A stretch of DNA of 64,000 nt from Octopus vulgaris (GCA_951406725.2 OX597824.1:39618001-39682000), one strand, 5' to 3'; positions 41,693 through 56,683 are shown, counted from the first letter of the stretch. Numbers and translations are program-made. The notes: generated by a model not told the origin, from the letters alone.

Positions 41693-42020
41693 GAATGGAG
41701 CTGAACGACGAATTAACAAAATTCCTTTTTTTCGACATATGTTTCGAAGGCTGCATATTCCTAATTGCGAAGGAATAAGGAGTACATTATGCCGCTTTCT
41801 CATCAGGAAAAGCAAGGAACTTATGTCAACATCAAAATGCACAAAAAAGTGATTTAGGTTTGCATTTTGATGTTGACATAAGTTCCTTGCTTTTCCTGAT
41901 GAGAAAGCGGCATAATGTACTCCTTATTCCTTCGCAATTAGGAATATGCAGCCTTCTAAACATATGTCGAAAATAAAGGAATTTTGTTAATTCGTCGTTC
42001 AGCTCCATTCTTTCATATAT
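41683..42020. mobile_element. Near-perfect palindrome (hairpin PLE remnant) at the end of a (TA)n tract
   Basis: Arms 41683-41841 and 41861-42020 with a 19-nt spacer and very few mismatches. Confidence 0.85.
41729..41811 (-). ncRNA. Hammerhead ribozyme (type I)
   Basis: Minus strand ttttc CTGATGA gaa...ttc GAAA catatg TC gaaaa; the + arm copy has GAAA changed to TAAA at 41957. Confidence 0.8.
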
Positions 42021-42181
42021 TTATATTTTTAAAATAAACATACAAATTTCCACACGAAAGCACGTAATCTATGCCCGAGGCACGTAACTTCAATCGTGTT
42101 TTTTCTGATGTGAATTTGCTACCTAGGTATCGGTTAATTCGAATTATCCTTAATAAGATAAATCATTCAACTACTCAAATA

Positions 42182-42312
<131 letters not shown>

Positions 42313-42699
42313 AATATTAACCGCCCAAAACAGTCTCTAGGACCACTATTATATTTCGCCTAGCTGTTTATATTAATTTTTGATATATGCATTAGTATTT
42401 AACTAAATTAGTCATAAATCACGTGTCCACGACTGATAGGCGAAGCTAGTCTAGTCTTGTAATTCTAGACACGCTCATGAGGTGGTTATCTCCCCTGTCC
42501 GTGTATATATATTGCGCCCTTACAGAATTAATACATTTTAATTCTTATTTCTTGCAATATAGGAGTTTCGGCACACTAAGTCACAATCAGTGGCGATAAA
42601 ATACATACATACACATATATATATGTGTGTGTCTGCGTGTATGTGCGTGTTTGTGTGTGTGTGTGTCTGTGTGTGTGTGTGTGTGTGTGTATGCATCAT

Positions 42700-42870
42700 G
42701 GGTAAGAGAAAATACAGGAGGATCAGTTAATTATGATTTTATTCAGCATATCCCCCTCTCAGATTCATGCACCTATTACTGAGGCCCTTTAGTTTATCTA
42801 AGCCTAGTAAAAGAACTCAGAAGTATGGACCTACAATCACGCCTTTCGCGAAAGCTTTAATGCCAGGAAC
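42700..42870 (-). mobile_element. Mariner transposase 3' end remnant
   Basis: Minus strand encodes RCMNLRGGYAE*, matching the mariner C-terminal KC...G.Y.E motif. Confidence 0.5.
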
Positions 42871-44614
42871 GTCTCAGATTTCCTTCGTATGTATCTATGT
42901 ATACATGTACGTATGTATGTATGTATGTATGTATGTATGTATGTATGTATGTATGTATGTATGTATGTATGTATGTATGTATATGCGTATGCATGTATGT
43001 TGTGTATGTATATGTATATGTATATATACGGAGACAGAAAGAGAGATTGAGGCTAATTTCTGACCAACTGACTATTATGTATAGAAGAATGTGGTATATT
43101 TTTGACAAGCATAATTTGCATAGCAAAACGAAGAGGACCCATGAAATTTCCTACACAATAAGCGGATTACTGAGGCTTGCAAACAACTACTTCACTTTAT
43201 CAGGCCACCTCGACTTGTACCGCGCTATGGCACTCCTATTTCTTGTGTCTTCGTACTGAGCAGCAGTTTAGTTTCCACTTAATCACATGTAACTCTGCTG
43301 ATATTGAACAATGAACAAGGTTTCCTCTAAAACAAATACACACACATACATACATACAAACATACATATATACATACACAATTATATACATTCATACGTA
43401 CACTCTTACACACATACATACATACGTTCATACACATACACTCTTACATACATACAGATAGACATACATAAATACATACATACATACGTACGTACATACA
43501 TACATACATACATACATACATACATACATACATACATACATACATACATACGCATGCACTCCGCTGCACTAGTGCTTATCTAGGCACGAAAACAATACAT
43601 ACATAAGCGCAACGCACACACTAACCGCCGTAGCTACCCAAATGCACACTCACACCAAGACACCCACACACGCAGGCGCACAAGAACACATAACAACAGC
43701 AAAATTTCCTGCCTACACACCTAAATCACTTTTTGATCACACACACACACGCACACACACACATGTATGCATAAACATACTCAATACAATTCTTTCCTCC
43801 TTCTTTCTAATCTATGCACTGAAAGACATATACACATACACCCACACACTCGTATATAGATATGTATGTATATATATATATATATGTATGTATGTATATC
43901 CTTGACACCTTGCACACGCACGACAACCACTTACCCTTTGCGTTACTCATCACACACACGCGCACGCGCGTACACGCTCACTACTCACCACACACACAAA
44001 CACACCCGTTCTCGCATAATTATCTCTCACATATACTTAAGTGAACTTAACTTATTTCATCACCCACGCTTTGCATACTCTCTCACTCCTCTAATCTCTT
44101 TCTTTCTCTCTCCCACTCCCACTCTCACACACAAGCATAGGCACACACACACACACACACGCACACACACATGTAAACCTATTTAACACATACAGGCTTC
44201 ATTTCTTATTTTCTTCCCATAATTATCGCCAGCACTATCGCTTGTTATTCTGTGAACACAACTAAAAACATACACAAAAGCTTCTATGCTATCGTTAATG
44301 AATTTTAAGCCCATGGAGGTTCATCTCTTTATTTTCGTTTAACTCACAGGCAGTATAAAGAAAGAATGAAATCTTTCGCCTCGAAATCATAAAATCGCAA
44401 GTTCGATCCCATAGTTGGCAAATGTCTTAATCTATAACGTCGCGTCGACAGAAACTCTAATAGTAAAATTGGGTAGACGGAAATTGAGTGGAAGCCGAGA
44501 TGATAGATTGAAACTGTAATTCAAAGGTTGAACCTTTGCTCTCTAAAGATAATTCCCCTTAAAAGTTATGTTAAACATGCGTTCATAAATCTGCGGTATA
44601 CTCAGCCACTTGTA

Positions 44615-45029
44615 TTCTTTTATTCTTTTATTTGTTTCAGTCATTTGACTGCGGCCATGCAAAAACACCACCTTTAGTCGAGCAAATCAACCCCAGGACT
44701 TATTCTTTGTAAGCCTAGTATTTATTCTATTGGTCTCTTTTGACGAACCGCTAAGTTACGGGGACGTAAACACACCACCATCGGTTGTCAAGCGATGTCG
44801 GGGTGACAAACATAGACACACAAAGGTATACACACACATACCTATATATATATACACATATATACGACGGTCTGCTTTCAGTTTCCGTCTACCAAATCCG
44901 CTAACAAGGCTTTGGTCACCCCCGAGGCTATAGTAGAAGACACTTGCCCAAGGTGCCACGCAGTGGGAATGAACCCAGAACCTTGTGGTTGGTAAGCAAG
45001 CTACGTGCCAGACATCCACTCCTGCGCCT
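44615..45029 (-). mobile_element. Full-length family B SINE
   Basis: Reverse complement of 35879-36295. Confidence 0.88.
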
Positions 45030-45149
45030 ATAGTATGATAACTCTATAAGCAAGTCGTTCAGTTGATGGAACCCCTTTAAAGACTTCTTTTGAAATTGCT
45101 TGTCCTTACTTTCTCACCTGATTTTTCTTGGGTTTCTTAGCAGTCAATT

Positions 45150-45900
45150 CCCGCATCTTTGTGTTATTGTATAGTTCAAAGGACTACCTCACATATTTGG
45201 GCGGGTGCACCATCATGTCACTTGAGTCTTCTTGACTGGGTTCAGAATCGAGTCGCTGCTTTGACTGGTTCCGCCGTTGCTTCAACTCTGCCACCTTTGT
45301 CACATCGATGTGACTTCACCAGGCTTGCTCTTTTATATCGTTAATACCAAAGGAAATGCTCTGATGAACCTGTTTTTAGTTCCAGATCTTTTTAGTGCCT
45401 TCTCGCCTGAATCAAAACTCACAGAGTTTTCATTCAAATGTTGTTGTGCTTTCACAAATGAGGAATTTTTTCGATGTTAGTGGAGGCACGTGGCTTAGTG
45501 GTTAGGATGCTGGAATCATGGTCGTAAGATTGAGGTTTCGATTCATAGGCCGAGCGACGCGTTCTGTTCTTGAGCAAAACATTTCATTTCACATTGCCTT
45601 AGTCCACTTAGTCGGTAAGAATGAGTACTACGATGGACCGACGTCCCATCCAAGTGAGGAATGTATACGCCATGAAACCGTGAAAGCGGCCCTTGTGAGT
45701 CTGTATGACTCGAGAAGGTATCATTAACTACCTTTGCATTTCGACTGTCATAGTCTTTCTCCTCAAACTGCCAGACTTTGGAACTCTCTTCCATCTCATT
45801 GTTTTCCATTTGCTTTTAACCTGAGCTTCTAAAGTCTAAAGTAAATTTATTCCTTTGGTCTTCATTTCTCCTTCTTAATAGTCCCTTACACTAACTGGCT
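45150..45900 (+). mobile_element. L2/Jockey-like LINE 3' remnant interrupted by a family C SINE (45480-45722)
   Basis: SHIWAGAP..LSLLDWVQNR..LPPLSHR..LALLYR, and after the SINE FPQTARLWNSLPSHCFP..KSKVN. Confidence 0.7.
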
Positions 45901-46444
45901 CCGTGTCTTGTTTGGGACTTTCTTATCAAAAAATTGTATCTATAATCAAAATTAACAATAATCCGTTATTTTTACACTCTCATGCAATTTACCTTCTTAT
46001 GAAATATCTTTTATAGAATACTGGGAAAAGTATATCTTTTATAGAATACTGGGAAAAGTCAAATTTCTTTCATAGATATCATGTAACCAAGCGTTAAAAT
46101 AGAGGATTTTATCAAAACTTCAAGATGGTAAACTTCCAAGTTCAAAACGCTAATTTCATTCTTTATGAGAAGTCAATAGAGAATATTAAATTATTGGGGC
46201 TATTTCGGTTACAATCACTCTATAGAATAATTCATTATTGTTCATAATTTCTCTGAAGAAATCATAACTAATTACTTCATTAACTATTCTGTTAATTAAG
46301 TAATTTTTCGTTAAGTATCATGACAATAATTGAGTCTTTGGAGGAAAATGTACGACAGATTACTTGCGTATGTGTAAGTAAATAGGTTTCTATATTACCC
46401 TATTGAACGTTTATGTGTGTGTATATATATATATATATATATGT

Positions 46445-46600
46445 GTGTGGCTGTGTGATTAGTAGCTTGCTTACCAACCACATGGTTCAAAGTTCAGTTC
46501 CACTGCGTGGCAACTTGAGCATGTGTCTTCTACTATAGCCTCCGGCCGACCAGGGCCTTGCGAGTGAATTTGGTTGACGAAAACTGAAAGAAGATCGTCG
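46445..46600 (+). mobile_element. Family B SINE 5' half
   Basis: Matches 35890-36043. Confidence 0.8.
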
Positions 46601-46624
46601 TATATATATATATATATATATATA

Positions 46625-46990
46625 ACGAAATTTATTTAGTCCTTATTCGTATTATAAGTATTCTAGCCAAGTATCCCGCTTTTTTAAGGGCAACATTATA
46701 ATATTCTGCATTATTATGAAATATTTCCTCATTAGAAGGTAAATATGGAACACGTCTCGAAATATTATTAACCAAAGTGATTCTTATTGATTTAGGATGG
46801 TTACTATTAAAGTTAATATATTTCAAATTATTACTAGGTTCATGATATGGACTGTACTGTCCGGTAAAAAGGATTAGATTAACGTCGAGATAATTAACTG
46901 AATCATGTTCATTTTTTATAGAAACAGATAAACCAAAATATCTTTAAATAAAAGAGAAGTAATCTTAAATAAATGAGAAGTGTTATATTT
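46625..46990 (-). mobile_element. Naiad-type PLE RT fragment
   Basis: VNYLDVNL...YINFNSNHPKSI...ISRR..L.SNEEIF....YYN.ALKKAGY, collinear with ORF 467..1360. Confidence 0.75.
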
Positions 46991-47024
46991 TATCATAATA
47001 TACCATATTATCATTACATATATT

Positions 47025-47250
47025 ACTCTTTTACTTGTTTCAGTCATTTGACTGCGGCCATATTGGAGCACCGCATTTAGTCGAACAAATCTAACTCCAG
47101 GACCTATTATTTGTAAGCCTATCGGTCTCTTTTGCCGAACTGCTAGGTTACGGGGAGGTAAATACTCCAGCATCGGTTGTCAAGAAATGGTGAGGGGAAC
47201 AAATACAGACACACACAAATATATACTTACACACACACACCAACACTCCG

Positions 47251-47296
<46 letters not shown>

Positions 47297-47873
47297 TAGC
47301 AGTATCGCCCGGCGTTGCTCGGGTTTGTAAGGGAAATAACTATATAAGCATATTTAGAGAGTTACTTCCCTTATAAATTCGGGCTTTCTTAGCCATTTTT
47401 GTTTTGGTGTCTTCAAGCCATGAAGTCGTTGTTCTAAAAGAACGCTGGTTTCCTTCACAACGCATTACGACGTTGATTTCTTTACACTCCCTTCCCCAGA
47501 GCTTCACGAGGGAGGGAAGGGGGAGAAGCAAACAGGTGCAGCTGTGAGCGTGGACGCCAACTCCGCCGCCATCGACACACGATGCATTTTATGCATTAAA
47601 ATGGAATAAAAAATTATGTTAAATTATTTTTAAAATCGTAGACTCATCGTTGACGCGCGCTAATAGTCAGACGGGCTCGATATGAATCACGACTATAAGA
47701 TACCCGAATTTGGTTAAACTGCACCGCAAAATGTGGGAGGAGTTAGGAATCTAAATCGAAGGGGACAGACACTCACACAACTAGAGTTTTATATATATAG
47801 ATATATACATACTTATAAATATATATATATATATATATATACATACACACACACACACACACAATATATATAT

Positions 47874-47908
<35 letters not shown>

Positions 47909-48015
47909 CAACCGGCTTCTTTCGGTTTCCGTTTACCAAATCCACTAACAAGGATTTGGTCGACCAGAGGCTACAACAGAAGACACTTGCCCTGGTGCTA
48001 CGCAATGGAACTGAA
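47025..48015 (-). mobile_element. Family B SINE split by a Helitron insertion
   Basis: 3' half at 47025-47215 and 5' half at 47905-48015, same strand, separated by the internal microsatellite containing the Helitron. Confidence 0.65.
47296..47801 (-). mobile_element. Non-autonomous Helitron
   Basis: Minus strand begins TC (47801-47800), ends CTAG (47299-47296), subterminal hairpin cccgagcaacgccggg (47308-47323), inserted between A and T. Confidence 0.85.
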
Positions 48016-48078
48016 TATATATATATATATTTATATATAACTATATATATACATATATTTTTACACACACACACACAT

Positions 48079-48998
48079 ATACAGGTTGCGTAAGATATTT
48101 GAGGACTGATTCATGTTTATAACATCAGTTATATAACAAATAATAATTTTAGTTATCAAAAAATGCTATGAGGATGAAAATAAACCTTCTTTTCTATAAT
48201 GTTATTCAATAAAGCCACCTTCAGCATCAAAAACCGTTTCAATATGACATCTAAATCACCTACACGCTCGAATCAAGTGGTCCTCATTCATTTCCGACAT
48301 TACTCTGATTGTGGCAGCTTTCAGAGAATTTTTGGTGTTATGGGCGTGTTCATTGACCCCTCTCTCTCATCAACGCTCCACATGTAATAATCCAATAGAT
48401 TGAGATCTGTGGAATTAGGAGGCGAAATGTTAGGAGTTATGTAATCATGAAAATGTGTTACCTGAGCCATGTTTGATCTTGATCGAAGTTTTTCTCGCTT
48501 GAGAAAAACCAAATCAAGTCTTCTCCTGGATTTTCAGGACCTTCTATATTTTATGTAATTATTTTATTTTGCTTTTTCTAACAAATTGACTTCTGTCTTC
48601 GTGGACAACATTTCTGACTACTCCTTCTGACACACGAATGGATTTTCTGGAATTGTAATCAATGGTCTGTTGAACTTGCTGGATAAATTGAAGTGTTCTG
48701 GTGATTTCAGAGCGCTTAGAATGTTTCTTATGCTTTGACACTGGTGATACGTTTCCATCTTCAATCTCTATCACCTTACAAACCTTGTAGACGAAAGATC
48801 TGCTAACTTTTAAAAATCGTGATATTTCAAAATCGCTATACTCAGCCTTTATCACTACAATAACAGCATACCTCTTCATTTCCTCTGTAAGCTGAGGGTC
48901 TGCCATTATTATTTTCTGAAACAAAGATTATAAAGAGTTAGCAAATAATTTAGCAATGACCCCCAAAAGGTATGTCCTCAAATACCTAACGCACTACA
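48079..48998 (-). mobile_element. Internally deleted Tc1/mariner transposon
   Basis: Imperfect TIRs (tgcgtaagatatttgaggac / gtcctcaaatacctaacgca) flanked by TA; HTH ORF 48559..48924; SPPNSTDLNLLDYYMWS equals the WPPNSPDLNPLDY motif. Confidence 0.85.
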
Positions 48999-50744
48999 TA
49001 TATATATATATATTGTTGCTTCCATCAAATGTATCATAAGTCCAAAACGTTGCTTTTTCAGAAAACGAAAAAGTAGTTTCACCATTTTATTTCTTCTTAC
49101 ATTAGCAACAGCTACAGCTTAACAATAATATTTTGTTGGGTTCATAAAATCGAAACTCCATGCATGTATGCTATTTTCAGTCAGAAACATTGTGGCAAAA
49201 ATGTTGTATGTGGGATTTACAATACTTTTGAAAAATCCTAATGCTAAACCGATGTATTACACTTTGACAATTTTCATATGGCATCTAAAACAGCTGGAGT
49301 TACGTTAGTTTGACGAAAAGAACCGGGTGTTGCAAGGAAAATTAAAATTTGAAAAACATGCATTTTAACATAATAGCAACGATATATAAATATATCAGTT
49401 TAAAATCCGAGCTTTGTCCTCATGAAGCACTTCTGCGAATCACGGCTGTTTATTGTATGCTTGTAAAAGTTTTATCTTCAAAGAGGAATCTTTCCATACA
49501 ATTTTAAATTCCTGTTTATATACATTGGTCGCAAAGTCTGTATATAACAAAATAAAGTCTATTATTTATAATATTATCAGTAACATAACATTCTCCAGCC
49601 CATTTGTTTTCTTTCCTAGTATTTTCAACCTTCCACCTTTTGCATTTACTTCCTTCTTGCCTTTCTCGTACTTTCTCTTATTCTATCGTCCTGGTTTAGT
49701 TTGTTATGCCATGTGGGCAGAGCTTGAGGAAGCGGACGTGATAGACAGGATACGTGATGACAGTAGACGTGTTATAACATGCTGTCTGTGTTGTTTTCGG
49801 TCGAAACTATTAGTAGCTTATAAAAATATATACTGTACTCTCACATGCAAAGACTGACATACACGCATACACATTGGCACTGATGTACAGACACTGGCAC
49901 ACAAACACACACCAACACATGCATATATATATGTACCGATACAAACACTGTTCTAAAAAAAGGATAGAAATATCATATTGAACAGTTAACTCCTACAAAT
50001 GTTTTTCTCCTTCCGTTTTGTTTTCCTTCTCACTTCGTTTTTCTTCCCTCTTAATCCATTCTGTCGAAGAGCGTAGGCTCGAAAGGTCAAATACTTTTCC
50101 ATCCTTCCCGAGTGTTAGACAAACACAGCTGCATTTTGTTCCTTTATCTCTCTTCGACTTTTGCTTTCTGTAAAGAGTGCATTGATCACCTCGAAGCTAT
50201 AGCAGGAAACACTTGCCCAAGATGTCACGTAGTAGGAATGAAGCAACGAAAGCATGTAGTTGCGAATCGAATGCCTTAACCACACAGCTATTCCAGAAAG
50301 CAGTGTAGCCCGCGAAAATAATTACAGTAATCATGTGCTTTACTTTGTAATCCACTGTCGTCGTTTATCGCAAGAAAGGAAATAAATATCTATATTAAAT
50401 GCTACATGCATTTGTTTACGAAAACATATAAATAAATGTTAGTATGAAAAAAAAATAATGATAGGAGATGATATGGGAAAGATATGTTTGCATTTTAATC
50501 AAACCATTTTCACGAGATGAGCCATTCCTTTCCACATAATATAACCAGTGATGATAAGATCCCCAACAGGTAGATTCATCACTCAATGCACTTACATTAG
50601 TTTTATTGATTCCCCAAACAACTGCCTGTTACAGAAAAGCATACCTTTAAATCATGCATATATAAACACATGTGTAGTACCTAAATAGTAACTGCTCATA
50701 AGTTGTCGAAAGTAATTTTTATTACTTTATCTAATATGTTTTTG

Positions 50745-51381
50745 TATCTGGTTTGCAAGATTCTTTATGTGAATTCGTGTATTGAAACACATTTTTTGTG
50801 TCTAGTGAGAGTAATTATGCCAATATTATGGACACATGCAGTGGTTCAATTGTATTCATTTATTATTAGTTAATTGCTTAAATATTTAACTTAATTAATC
50901 GATTATTTGTTTAATTTGACTAAACAGTAAGTCATTTGTTTTCTTTTTTTTATCAAAGCTCTTTGGTTGCTAACTTGCAATCTTTGCAATGACTTTACTC
51001 TTAGTCACTGGAATGGCTGCAAGTAGCTACTTTCAAAACGACATTCGAGTGTCGAATTTCATGATATAGTAGCTTCAAGATTGAATTATATCACATCGCT
51101 TTAGCAGCCTTGAAGATTTTCAAAATATCAATTCAAAGCATTTTTTTAAAGACAATCTCTTTTCGTTCTATATTAAATTTACGAAGTATTTTGCTTTGTA
51201 TCATCTTATATTAAGTAGCAACAAAAGAGCTTTGACAAACAAAACAAAAACAATTGACTTGCTGCTTAATTAAATTAAACAAACAATCGATTAGTTAGTT
51301 GGATATTTAACCAATTGACTAAAAATAAAGGAGTGGAATTAAACCAGTGCGTGTGTTAATAATATTGGCATAATGACTCTC
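50745..51381. repeat. Old inverted repeat, probably a PLE pseudo-LTR pair
   Basis: 50807-50970 is the approximate reverse complement of 51218-51381; outer extension gcaagattctttatgtgaattcgtgtattgaaaca resembles 31096-31128. Confidence 0.65.
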
Positions 51382-54229
51382 CCAAAACAAAAAACTTTGT
51401 TCTTTATTTTATTCTACTTTTCTTGCTTTTGATAAAAATTAGGATGTATACTACCTAAATACGAAAACTAAAATCACAATTTTCTGGGTAAAATATTTAG
51501 AGCGTCGGAAAGTTGCATTGTGGCATTTGTTCCGACCCAGTACATTCTGAGTTCACATCACACCAAGGTCAATTTTTCTTTTCATACTTTTGAGATTGAT
51601 AAAATAAAGTACCGATCAATACTGGAGTCAAAGGTATCGACTAACACCCTCGCTTCAAAAATGCAGGTATTTTGCCTTAATTAGAAACTGTTATATTATA
51701 GATACCTTGCTCGAAACAGAAATTGGTGCAAGTGAAGACATTTCATGTATCACATATAAATATAAAAAAAGGCTTGATATAATATTGCTTGCTGTTCCAG
51801 GTTGTGGGAAGTGAAACATTCAGACTATATTATTGTCTTAAGTTGTATTAACGGCGATTATGTAGCATACTTTAAGCAATTCCCAGCATCCTCTACATTA
51901 GAATATTTTCTAATAGGTTGATAAGAGAACGATTCAAACGATAGTTTAATTAATCTTCAAAAGTTGATTAATTATAAGTGGTTTGCCTACAAATCAGGAA
52001 TCGATCACTGATTATCCGCCCGGTATGCCCTTGCAGTTCGAACGAAGAAATATTGTAATTAAGCAGATGCCGAATGCTTAATAAATATAAACGTTTATGA
52101 TGTAAGGATCACCATGAAATTGGCAATGAAATTTGATGAGCTTTTAAAATAAATCATCGACAGGAGTTCTAAGGAGGTATTATTAACGCATTCAGCTCCA
52201 TCGTATTAAAACTGAGCTAAAAGTTTATCGCACATGTGAATTAAAATTTGTAAGAAACTAAAAATATCTTAATTTTTCGCTAGTATTACGATTGACATCG
52301 ATTAGCTTTACTTAACTCAATGTATTTATTCACAATTTGGTAATGAGCAAGCGAGAGTGAAATATAATATAAGTATTTTCTTGTATACATATGCTTTACC
52401 TTATTCATGGAACTTATTTCACAATGTGATAATGTCAGCAACTTATAGTAAAATAACTTCGTCATGAGTACAGAAGTGTCAGTGTGATGGGACAAAAATT
52501 TTGGAAGTTTAAATTGATATTCCGATAGGCATTAGACCGAACCACGTGATGATAAAATATTCGTTGCATTATCATATTAAGAAATTGTATTGAGAACATA
52601 GCGGTAGATAAAGAAAGGCTTTCCAAGGAAAATTACAGTTTCCATTCGACTTAGAAAAAGCGGATTAAGTGATTACAGAAGGACATGGACGTGTCAGTAA
52701 AAATAATGAAAATGTGATTAATATTATAACAATCTTTCAATGGTGTATTGAATAATAAATTTGAAAATGTCAAGGTAAATTTAATAAACGTTACCTGTAA
52801 TGAATGGATTATAACAGAAAATAAATATAATTATAATGAATTATACAAGATTTGATGATGAAAAGCAAAATACTTCGTAAATGTAATATTGAATGAAAAG
52901 AGAATATCTTTAACAAAATGCTATGAATTGGTATTTTAAAATCCTTCAAGGTTGTTAAAGCAAAGAGATATAATTCTATCTTGAAGCTACGATATCAAGA
53001 AATTTGACACATGAATGTCATTTTGAAAGGCAGTCGTTCATAGTTTTGGATTTCCAATTATTATGAAAGATATGTCTTTCAGATAACGGAACTACTCCAT
53101 TAGAATTCGAAGCTTATAATCTTACCAAAGAGAAATCCTTTGTCTATGAAGTACCAAGATTTCGTATGTATAGATCGATTTAAAAAATACAAATCGATCA
53201 GTTTATCATCATATAGATTATTGATCGATGCTTTTTTTTTTAAAATTTATTTATTTCAGCAATCATTCACATACATATAAGCAGACACAGATGCAAAGGC
53301 ACAGGCGCACACACAACAAACACACACATACACATACACACGTATATATTCATAAATATGCGTGTGAACATATGCACGCAATCACACAGAAATAGATACC
53401 CGAAAATAGTAATGAAACATGCACAGATACGTACGTACATACATACATGTACACATACACACATACATACATAGATGCATATATGCGTGTGTATGCATAT
53501 ATAAGCATATATAAATATACGTGTCTATATATGTATATACATATATATGTGTACATATATACATATATATATACATATACGCACACACACACACACAGAC
53601 ATATACACACTTACACGTACACAGACACAATCATACGTGTACATCTAAATATCGTAGATTATGATTTTGAAGTTCATGAACAAAATATAGATAAGATATA
53701 CGTGATTAACAAATGGTGTGAACGAACATTTAAATACTAAAATATTCCCAAATTTATTAATGCGTGATTTTACGGGTATCATCTTGTATATGTATTCGTG
53801 TACACGTGCATGCGTATTTGTGTATATGTGTGTATATTTTTATATATGTGTGAGTGTTCGTATATGGGTCTATGAATTTGCGTGTATATGTGTGTATTTG
53901 GGTACGTGCACTTGCATTCGTGTGTATGTGCGTGTGCATTCGTGAACATTCAACTCATTCGGGGTACGTCCATCGAATTTATGTCTATCAATATTTCTGA
54001 ATAAAAGTGAAATACACACACATTTACATAAAACAATAAAATTTAAATGAAACTTCCACCTACCAACAAAGACTTTTAAACACACACACATAAAACACAT
54101 ACACTGACAGACACACAAGGACACACACACACACACACACACACATAAATATATGTATATGTGTTATATATATATATAAATATGTGTGAGAGAGAGAGTA
54201 TGTGTGTCTGTGTCCGGAAAGAGAGCAAG

Positions 54230-54615
54230 AGAGAGAATGCAGCACCATAGGGGAGTGCCTTCTACTACAGTCCCGGGCCGACCGATGACTACTGAGTGAA
54301 CTTGGTTGCCAGAATCTATGTGGAAGCCCGTCATGTGTGTATGTATTTGTATGTGTGTGTGTCTGTATGTGTGTGTGCGTACGTGTGTACGTGCGTCTCT
54401 ATGTCGCTGTTTGTGTTTGTGTTCATTCCCGCCCCACCCCTCCGTCCAGAGCAATTTTCAAGTGGCGTCTGTTTGTTTACGTCTGCGCAAACACTCCAGG
54501 AAAAACAGAAACTAAGGGAATCAGTACCAGACTTTGAAAATAAGATTTGTGGTCAATTTGTTCAACTAAACCCTTCAAGGCTGTACCCAGCTAAGTCGCA
54601 GTTCAATGCATGAAA
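54230..54615 (+). mobile_element. Diverged family B SINE
   Basis: cttctactacagtcccgggccgacc, gaagcccgtc plus microsatellite, tail ccagctaagtcgcagttcaatg. Confidence 0.6.
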
Positions 54616-54660
54616 TAATTGAAAGATTGGTGATAAAATAGTATATAGATAGATAGATAT

Positions 54661-54743
<83 letters not shown>

Positions 54744-55077
54744 AATAGATAGATAGATAGATAGAGATAATAAAAGAATATATGTATATATATCGAGTAA
54801 AAAGAAGGAAAGAAAATGGGGATCAGAATTATTTATTATTAACAAATTGGTCATCTTCGCTTCTTACAGCCGTTTCAATTAATACACTATAATTTAATTA
54901 CAAATGTGTATATTGAATTTGCATTTATATAACATGGGTATGATTCCATCAGAGAAAACAAAAAGATGTATCTTGGGATGTTATATGTGGAACTGTCAAT
55001 TTATTTCAGTAGTTAATAATAAATAACTGTTAACTTCCGTATCTCCTACAACAGAGAGGATATATTATTCTTTAATT

Positions 55078-55604
<527 letters not shown>

Positions 55605-55794
55605 CCCGGGTTGATTCAGGGGTTAACCACAGTAAATAAGGTACTCAATACATAGCAGAGTAAAATTAATTTATTATATAGAAGGAGCTTCTACAGGACT
55701 AGAAGTGTTTCATTCAAGAGAAATCTTCAGGAAGATATATGTATATGTATATATATATATGTGTATATATATGTGTAGATATATGTATGTTGTG

Positions 55795-55847
<53 letters not shown>

Positions 55848-56187
55848 ATGTATGTGTGTATGTATATGTGTGTGTGTGTGTGTATATATGTATACATATG
55901 TGTATAGGTATAAGTGAAAATCTCCTTATTTACCTAAAACTCGATTCTTTTATATATTTTTTTATTCTCTTATTTATTCTTTTATCTAATTTACCACTGA
56001 CTCCTTGACCACTCCCCCAAGTATGATATTTTGCACTATGCCTACCCCCAAAAAGTCCACCACCACCACCCCTTTAAACCTGCCTAAATGTATAAATGCC
56101 AATACAATTCTTGTTAACTAGCTTCCTGAAGATTTCTCTTGAATGAAACAGTTCTAGTCCTGTAGAAGCTCCTTCTATATAATAAAT
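55605..56187. mobile_element. PLE 3' remnant with inverted pseudo-LTR, flanked by (TA)n
   Basis: 55669-55734 is the reverse complement of 56122-56187; C-rich UTR-like segment at 55915-56120. Confidence 0.75.
56121..56169 (+). ncRNA. Hammerhead ribozyme (type I)
   Basis: gcttc CTGAAGA tttctcttgaat GAAA cag ttctagtc ctg TA gaagc: 5-bp stem I, true stem III, GUA site. Confidence 0.8.
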
Positions 56188-56633
56188 ATATATATATATA
56201 TATATATATTTAAAATACTATGTTTGTATGATTGTGCATATGTACATTGAAAGTAGTGTAGTGTTTATAATGAGTAAATATTGGTCTGTGTGTGCGCGTA
56301 TTTGTCCACAATAACTTTTAGTTTACGATATTAATAAATAAACACCAATCGAATCAATGGATTCACATTGGTCAAATATTCCTTTCTAATACTTGTGGGT
56401 TTTTCATAATAGATAGTACACACAGCATCTATTAATACAAACAAACACACATATACACGCTTACACTCACACAATATACCATCGTCTTTCGTATGAACAG
56501 CATAAAAGGTTACATTTGCGTTATTCATATATATTAACGATTGCATTGTATAATTTTCCTTCGTTTTTGGTCGAAATATCAATCCCGGAAAATATCGAGA
56601 ACAATACCTGAGAGATCAATAGTAAATAGAATG

Positions 56634-56683
<50 letters not shown>

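Noticed and set aside
46004-46059. 28-bp tandem duplication
   Set aside because: Ordinary local duplication with no further structure.
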